Origin: Eimeria praecox
Taxonomy: Eukaryota
Reading direction: 5' to 3'
DNA: 20,000 nucleotides
Assembly: GCA_963920595.1 (NCBI GenBank)
Contig: OY986949.1
Coordinates: 5,384,568 to 5,404,567 of the forward strand
Shown here: one piece after another, positions 13,155 to 20,000 of the stretch
How the letters are laid out: each line of letters begins with the position of its first letter
How positions within the stretch are numbered: the first letter of the stretch is position 1
Notes under the pieces: model-generated
The model's database searches: none
Seen by the model: the letters and a program-made list of their open reading frames with translations, nothing else
What the model was told of the DNA's origin: nothing
Translations under genes and position numbers: made by a program

Positions 13155-16100
13155 ATGGCAGATCTAGCGGAGGTGCAGCAGCTGGAGCTGTTGTGCCAGG
13201 CCTTTTACGGCGGCGGCGGAAAGGAAGAACAAAATGAGGCTCATAAGGTGCTTATTCCCCTTGTAAATAACCCGGAAAACATGCCCAGACTGCAGGCAGT
13301 GTTAGCTCACTCGTCGAATCTTCAGGCGTTGATCTTTGCGAGCTCGGGGCTAATGAATCTCTTCACTCGATACTGGGGCCAAATATCTGACAAGCAGAAG
13401 GAAGAGACCCGCAATTTTCTGCTGAATTATCTTTATCAGCGTAGTGCAGATCTGCTGCACAACGCACAGGAAATACTCGGCCATCTCATTCGACTGCTCT
13501 GTCGCATAGTGAAGCTCTCCTGGTTTGAAGATGTGGACAAGGCGAGTTTGTATACCTTTCTTCAGCAGCTTTTCACGTTGAGTAGAGCTGAGCGGCGCTT
13601 TTATAATAGATAGATGTGATATTTTGGAGTAGCTGCCTTGGTGGTGAGTTTGGTCGTGTTGGAGTACATTGTGTGGGTTGTTTGCCTGTGCACTTTTGTG
13701 GCTGCAGAAGATCCTGGAACAAGTTGGTTTGTTCTTAAGTGCGTCGACTGCACACTGGGTTGTTGGGCTGTACATATACACCGAGTTAACTCAGGAGATG
13801 CAGCCGAAGATCGGATACCACATGTCTCGTCTTCGTCGCGTGGCTTTCTCTTTTCGCGACATTGCGCTTTCGTCCATCCTGAAGGTGGCGGTAAAAACCC
13901 TGCAGCAGTTTGATGCGGGGGCCATTCGCGTACCGAATGATGAAGAGGAGACACGCCTGCTAAAACAAGTGCTACAGCTGGCGCTCAATTGCCTGTCCTT
14001 CGACTTCATGGGGACCATTGCGGACGATACCACGGATGAGCAGAACACAGTAATGATCCCTCAGGGCTGGAGCGAATTCAGGGAGGAACGTTTCCCTAAA
14101 ATGTTTTTTAGCCTGTACAATGCTTGCTGGCAAAAGAACCCCCACAGGCCTCGCGTTGAATGCGCACGCTTGTGTTTGTCTTGCCTCGTTCTCATCTCTG
14201 CTTTTCGCCGATCCTTCTTTGAAACTACAGCGACGAGGAACAAATATATGAGCGCCTTAATTCTAGGGACTTTTAAGATAATCAAGACAAGGACGGGTCT
14301 AACAGATGACATGTGCTACCACGAGTTCTGCCGTCTCATTGGCAAGATCAACACTTCCCACCATCTCAGCGAACTCTGTGCCTCAGAGCCTTTCAGAGAA
14401 TTCCCCCAGTATCTGTTCGATTTCACAATGGAGAGCCTAAAATCTTGGCAGCGGATGCCGAATAGCAAACACTACCTTTTAGGAGTATGGGCTCACGTGA
14501 TTTCGCCCTTGCTTTTCTACAAGCAGAAAGTGCCCAACGATTTGGAGCTGTACATTGAGAGGATTACCGCAGCATTTATTATGAGTCGCATGTGTGTAGC
14601 GGAGGCCATAGCCGAAGATGCTGGTGAGGCACTTGATTTTGTCTGGCAGAACTATTCGTCAGACCAACCAGCTCACTGCACAACTAGCACGCCTTGTGCT
14701 TGACCCCCTTTTGATTGACTGACGCGGCTGTCGAATAGTAGCTACCTCTGTATTGTTCTTAACTGATCCCACCCGTTTTTCAGTGTTCTTGCTGCGTATC
14801 GTCTTACTGGCAGACAACTGCGACTGGGAAAGCCCCTTAAACAACGAAGTGTTGCGTCAGGAACAGCTGGAAGTTTTGTCTCAGCTTGCTCGGTGCCGCT
14901 ACACGAAGACGGCACGAATGGTTCATGAGTTGTTCGAGGAGACAAAGGCCAAGGCACAGAGCGGCGAAATCAGCAGAAAGGTCTTCGAAGAGAAGATCAC
15001 TTGGCTGGTCTATCTCATCGGGGCTCTTGTTGGCAGCAACTGGACGGGCAGGCTCCCCGACGTCTACGTTGACGGTCCGTCAGACTCAGCATTTGAAACT
15101 TTAATGCGTATATTATGGACTTGTGATGCCGCTTGTCTTTGGTAAGCTTTATTGGGTAGCGTGCACTGCTTGCTTTCTGTGTTGCCTACAGATGCTTCGT
15201 CGGAAATGGTGCAGATGGCGAATGCGGGTCTGTCAAAGCTTGTGCTGACATTGATTGAGGAGACAAAGTGCGAAGAGACACCGGAAAGCCTTGAGTTGGC
15301 ATTTCTCTACTTCCTGGACCAATTCAGGAAGCTTTTCATTGGCCAGTTCGCTCGCAAGCTGGACGGCACGAGTGCCTTTGCAACAGGCAAGGGTCTGCAC
15401 AAAGTTAGGGAGTGATGGCGGGGCCCGCCTAGGATTTGTTTTTTTTCTAGCCTTTCATGCATGTGCCTACACGTGACATTTCTGGAGGGTCGCCGCTGCT
15501 GGGTGAAGGCTGCGAATGCATGAGTATCCGTGAATACATGGATAGCCAGTGTCCCTAGACTGCCCGGAAAATGTACTGCAGGCGCTGCTGTGGAATGGAG
15601 CAGAACCGTGACATGTGTCGTTATTCTCTTTGCAGCACTAGGAGCCGCAGACGACAAGGCGGTAGTGGCAACATTGGTGAGCAAGATTGGTTTCAATCTG
15701 CAACACCGAGTCGATATGCCAGACTGCATTAAGAAATCCATGGATCTTCTTTTTGAGTTCGTTGCCGGAGTTCACATTGTTCATTGGATCTCCCGAGCCC
15801 CAGAGCTCATCGTCACGGGTCGGCTGCTGCTGGAAACTCCCACTGGCGCCTACTTCCTGACGAACCATTGCAGCGCTGAATTCAAATTCCTTTCGATGCG
15901 CAGGTGCGTCGCATTGCTCCCATGCTCGCGTCTCCGCCCCAAGTGAAGTTCTTGTGCGATTTATCTTTCACGCTACGGCGCAGTTTCTGCGTTGATTCAA
16001 CAGCTTTTGTTCCTTTTACGGTAGCAGGCCACCCAGTAGGCATGAGGTCCATGCCTGTCGGAGGCTGCACCAGGGTTAGACGCTGCTGCCTCTTCTATGC

Positions 16101-19011
16101 TTGTAGTGGGCCTTGCATGCGTGGCTAATTTGCTTTGCCGTCCCCTTGTCCGCTGCCGGCGTTTTTTCGTAGGTATTCAAGGCTGCGGACGACTTACTAT
16201 CTCACGCTCGGGACATTGTTGTTTTATCAGCAACGTAAAGCTGCCGTTACTTTTGAACAATTCGTGCAGCCCATGGATGCCATTTTTCTATCGTTGTGGC
16301 AACAAACCGACGAAGGGAGGAACCCCGGGTCGATTCGCAACGCGCTTTGCCGGGACCCCTTGATTGGCCTCGTGCGAGATCTCAGGTAGAACTGTACCAA
16401 ACCTCTTCTGTGCGTGCTCTTTTGTACGGGAGCATTAGCGGCACTTAGTGTAGCTGGCGATGCCCATTTGAGTGTAGTGTGAATCTGCGGTGGATTGGCG
16501 TAGGGGGCTAAGTTTCGCTTCTGGAAATAGCTCAACGTACACGGTCCTTTTCGAATGGTTGATGTCGCCGGCGAAGAAAATCAACGGCAGCACTCGGGTG
16601 AGAGATGACTGCTTACTGCCGCCGCCCTTTCTTCGTCTGGCAGTACGCCGCGCTTGCTTCCATTGGGATGACGGAGAGAGGGAGCAACCGAAGACTATTT
16701 TGGCTGTGTGTGCATTGTCTGTCAGATGGCAATATTCAGCTGGGCCGCAGACGCTTGGTGGGATGATGCTGAAGTTATGGTTCCCCTTTTGAAGTTTATC
16801 GCCGACTTCGTCAGCAACAGGGGTGGCAGCAGGATACATTTTGTTGAGTCTTCCGCGAATGGCATCCGGCTTTTCAAGGAAGCATCTAGTGTGGTGCTTA
16901 AATATGGCAACAGGTGGGTCAACAGTCCGTGGATATTTTGAACAAACATTGCCGTATCCTGCATCATCCATGCCCCTGACAAGTTACTCTTGGTTTGGTC
17001 GTCTCGATCAACTCCATCCTACTGTGTTCCTGTATTCAGGATACTGCAAAAGCAGGACGTCAGCGACCCTTACAAGGAAAAGTACAAGGGGATGGCTGTA
17101 GCGCTGCAGATCCTGAGCAACATCATCAGTGGATCATACTGCCACTATGAGGTATTCGAGGTCTACGGGGACACAGTCCTAAAAGACTCCCTTCGTCTTG
17201 CCCTCCAGATGTGTTTGGCGATTCCCCAAGACGGTGAGTTATTCGTGCAGACCCGTGTGCGCGCCTGGGTATTGAACACCTTGATGGGTACTGTGCTTCC
17301 CGAGCCATGGCAAATGCGTTTTCTGGTGGATCGACGGGGTTCTCGCATCTGCCTCTTGCTATACGTTCTACCGTTTGTCAGATTTGATGGCGTATTTGAA
17401 GTCGCTAAGGCCTGTATACTCATTCCTGGAAGTTGCCACAGAGTCCTTCATGCAACACGTAAGTTTTTACACATCTTGTGCACCGTTCCCCGCCACTTTT
17501 CCCGGACCGCTTCAAATAACTCTCTTTGGCAGTAGTATGCGACCGAAGCATACGACGAGAGTTGATTTTCCGGCGGCATTGGTCGTTGTGCAGAAGGTGC
17601 CAGTGTCGCTTGTGTGTATCCGGGTTTCCTAAGCTGGTAGTAGTGCTGGCATTCTCACTACCTGCGGTCTATCCTACATGAAACTTCGGCATGCGTTGCG
17701 TTGGCTGGATTTGCAGATTCTAGAGCTGCCGCCAGCCCACCTTGCACAACTGCTGCGGTGTGTGGAGGACGGCCTCTGCGCTCAAGAAACAGTGCTGATG
17801 CAGTCGTGTGCCACCTTGGGCCATTTTGTTGAATTCATCTTCAAGTACAAGGAATCCGAGGAGAAGGAGGGAGATGTAAGGTTACCTACTTCCAACTCAT
17901 ACCAGTTTGCCCTCATTTCCTTTGTGGCTTGCGCTCCACTGGGGAGTATCTTCATGGGCTAGCTGCACTTGTATGAATTGGAATGCTAAGACCACAGTTT
18001 TTAGACTGCGTCCACCATGCGTGGAGCCTGACGTGGCGGGAGTTCGGACTGAACAGCACATACTGCAGCTGGGTAGTTTCAATGTATAGTTAGCATTTTT
18101 CAATGTATAATTAGCACATTGTGCTTGTGCTTACCACTCAGGCCGTCCGTGCATTCCTTGAGGCACAGCCGGGGAGTTTGCCGCGAATGCTCCAGCTGAT
18201 ATTCCAGTTACTCATGACAGGTATGCTCCTGCCTGTACGAGGGGAGTGCAAGTGCAGGTGTTACTTGCCAAGTTGGCGGGTGATCTAGGGAGTGCTTGAG
18301 ACCACAGGCCCTTTAATTAAATGCTGCATAAGCATTCTTTGCAATCCCTCTAGATTGTGGCATGTATTGTGGCCAATTTCTCGCCCAAAACCTTCTCTGT
18401 CTAGGCAGGCCACAAGGAGCTTGGCCGCACTGCCCGAATTGCTGACAATGCATTTTGGGTTGGGTGTTAATTCTCTTCTTTATCCATATTTTGTAGAATG
18501 ACTGCGATTGTACACCGTTTCAGGCCAGCTCCCCAACCTGTTCGCAATATCAGGTGTCTTGTTAGGCCTGATTGTGCTGCAAAAAGACGAATACTTGAAG
18601 TTGAAGCAGCAGATAATTGAACAGCAAATCGAGAGCAAGAGACCGCAGTAAGGCGAAGACGATCCCTTCCCTTACAATCAGTAAATGCCGTAGCCAGAGG
18701 GGTGGTGCGAGCTTTGGCTTGGTTTTGATCTGCTGTCTCTGGTCGTTGTCTTGCGCAGAGTGGAGGGATTCTTCATGGAGTTGATGGTTAACATTGAAGA
18801 TAACCTCACGCCGGCAAATAAAGTAGGTTGCCTTCTGCTCGTAGGCTGGAAATGGATTTTCATGGCATGCAAAGGATCATGACGTTCAAAGGAGCACTGT
18901 TTGCTAGTTTTGATATGTGGGTTGCTTGCGTGCTGCCTTTAGGATAGATTTATGCGGAACCTTTACCACTTTGCCCACGACATTCGGAAGATGTTTTCTT
19001 TCAGCTTGTGA
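13155..19011 (+). CDS. XPO7: Exportin-7 / RanBP16-like importin-beta family nuclear transport receptor; 15 exons, ~1095 aa
   Basis: Hand-built exons: 13155-13541, 13708-14623, 14814-15074, 15192-15386, 15636-15903, 16173-16385, 16504-16597, 16726-16913, 17040-17233, 17382-17458, 17717-17875, 18142-18220, 18524-18647, 18759-18822, 18943-19011. Phases are consistent; total 3288 nt. Family motifs: LELLCQAFY, RNFLLNYLY, LLCRIVKLSWF, SFRD, CLSFDFMGT..D.TTDE..TV.IP..W, RRSFF, YHEFCRL, SKHYLL..W, WLVYLIGA, LELAFLYFLDQFRK, RTTYY.TLG.LL, GLVRDLRG, PLLKF..DFV.NR..RI.F..SSANGI.LFKE, KYKG, FEVYGD, LLGLI, and C-terminal F.ELM.NIEDNL...NKDRF.RNL. Confidence 0.93.
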
Positions 19012-20000
19012 GAGAGGCTGTTGCATGATCAGTGCATACAAGGTGCTCTGAAGAGTGCGTAAAGTCGTTTAGGGCGTCTCCCTGCACTTCGGTTGAGCTG
19101 GAGTGCTGCCGTTGGAAGTGGCTTTGCCCTTAATGCAGCGCATCAGCGCCTCTGTATCGCGATCCTTGCTGAGGTCGCGTTATTGTGTGCACAAAATTCT
19201 CCTCAGTCCACACGCGCTCACCTCATCGCTTCCCGACTCACGCGGGAGTAGCCGGTACTGCGGAAAGTGGACTTGCAGGGATAGGAGCCCCGTATCTGGC
19301 TCGCCCGCAGCAGTCGCTGCGGTTTAACAGCAACCGCTTTTCACGCTTTGACTGTGAGGAACAACAAAGATGTCCTTCAAATTATCTTTTTCGTTAGCAG
19401 TGGAGAGTGGCGCGCTCTACAGTTTCTGGCCGAGGGGAGATGCTCATTATCGAAATAATTCTTGTTTTGTTTAAAGTGCTGTTAGGCTGGTTTTTGCCTT
19501 GGGAGCAATAAGCCGTATAACTGCGACAGCCCTTCCTGCGGCTCATTTGAGAACGCGTTGTACGTCGGTACTTGCAGAGTGCTGCATTTTAAAGACCCAC
19601 AGAATACAGCAGAAAGCATGGAGGTATTGCTGCATGAGGCAGCACAATTCTTCGACAGCGAAAGAAGAGGTCTTTGCCCCTAGTGGTGTATAGGCGTACA
19701 CAGCAGCCGTATGGCGGAATCTCTGCGGGTTGATACTGCATGTGACTCTAACAGCTTACACTGCCTACCAGAAAACCCTCTTTAGGGGGAATTTTGTTGG
19801 GAATATTTGAAGCTGTGCACCTTGCTTCGGTTCGTCGAAGGAGGTGTAACGGCGAAAGGAAGCGTAGCCGCGGGGAGGAGTGACCGTTCGGACGGAGGCA
19901 CACTGGTTGCATAAAACCCCTCCCACTGTTTTCACTAGCCTACAATATTGAATGCTTAGACGGGCTAACAAAATCTGTTGCAGACGTTTATCAATTTATG

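Noticed and set aside
13350..17423. Several minus-strand ORFs (e.g. 13350-13781, 15307-15741, 16435-16971) over the exportin gene
   Set aside because: Antisense shadows with no motifs. The plus-strand model explains the region.
19103..19971. Short ORFs downstream of the exportin stop
   Set aside because: All are under 75 aa with no recognisable homology; probably 3'UTR or intergenic.

Overview
Eukaryotic, intron-rich genomic DNA, most likely from an eimeriid coccidian apicomplexan (Cyclospora/Eimeria-like). This rests on CAG/poly-Gln/poly-Ala tracts, GGGCCCC motifs, TGCATGCA octamers and a protein with an apicoplast-type leader. Four genes are supported: (1) the last exon of a probable SUV3-type RNA helicase (+, 78-326); (2) an 8-exon flavin-dependent monooxygenase (-, 5930-1426, ~968 aa) resembling CoqF/At1g24340, the ubiquinone C6-hydroxylase that replaces Coq7; (3) an intronless ribosomal protein L7/L12 with a bipartite apicoplast-type leader (-, 8250-7474); (4) a 15-exon exportin-7/RanBP16-like karyopherin (+, 13155-19011, ~1095 aa), whose best model uses one or two GC-AG introns. 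The ~4.9 kb between the divergent L12 and exportin genes has no recognisable protein but carries a run of minus-strand splice signals, possibly from a spliced non-coding transcript. I found no CRISPR array, RNA gene or intact mobile element, and no convincing novel multi-gene system. Exon boundaries were assembled by hand and need RNA-seq confirmation.
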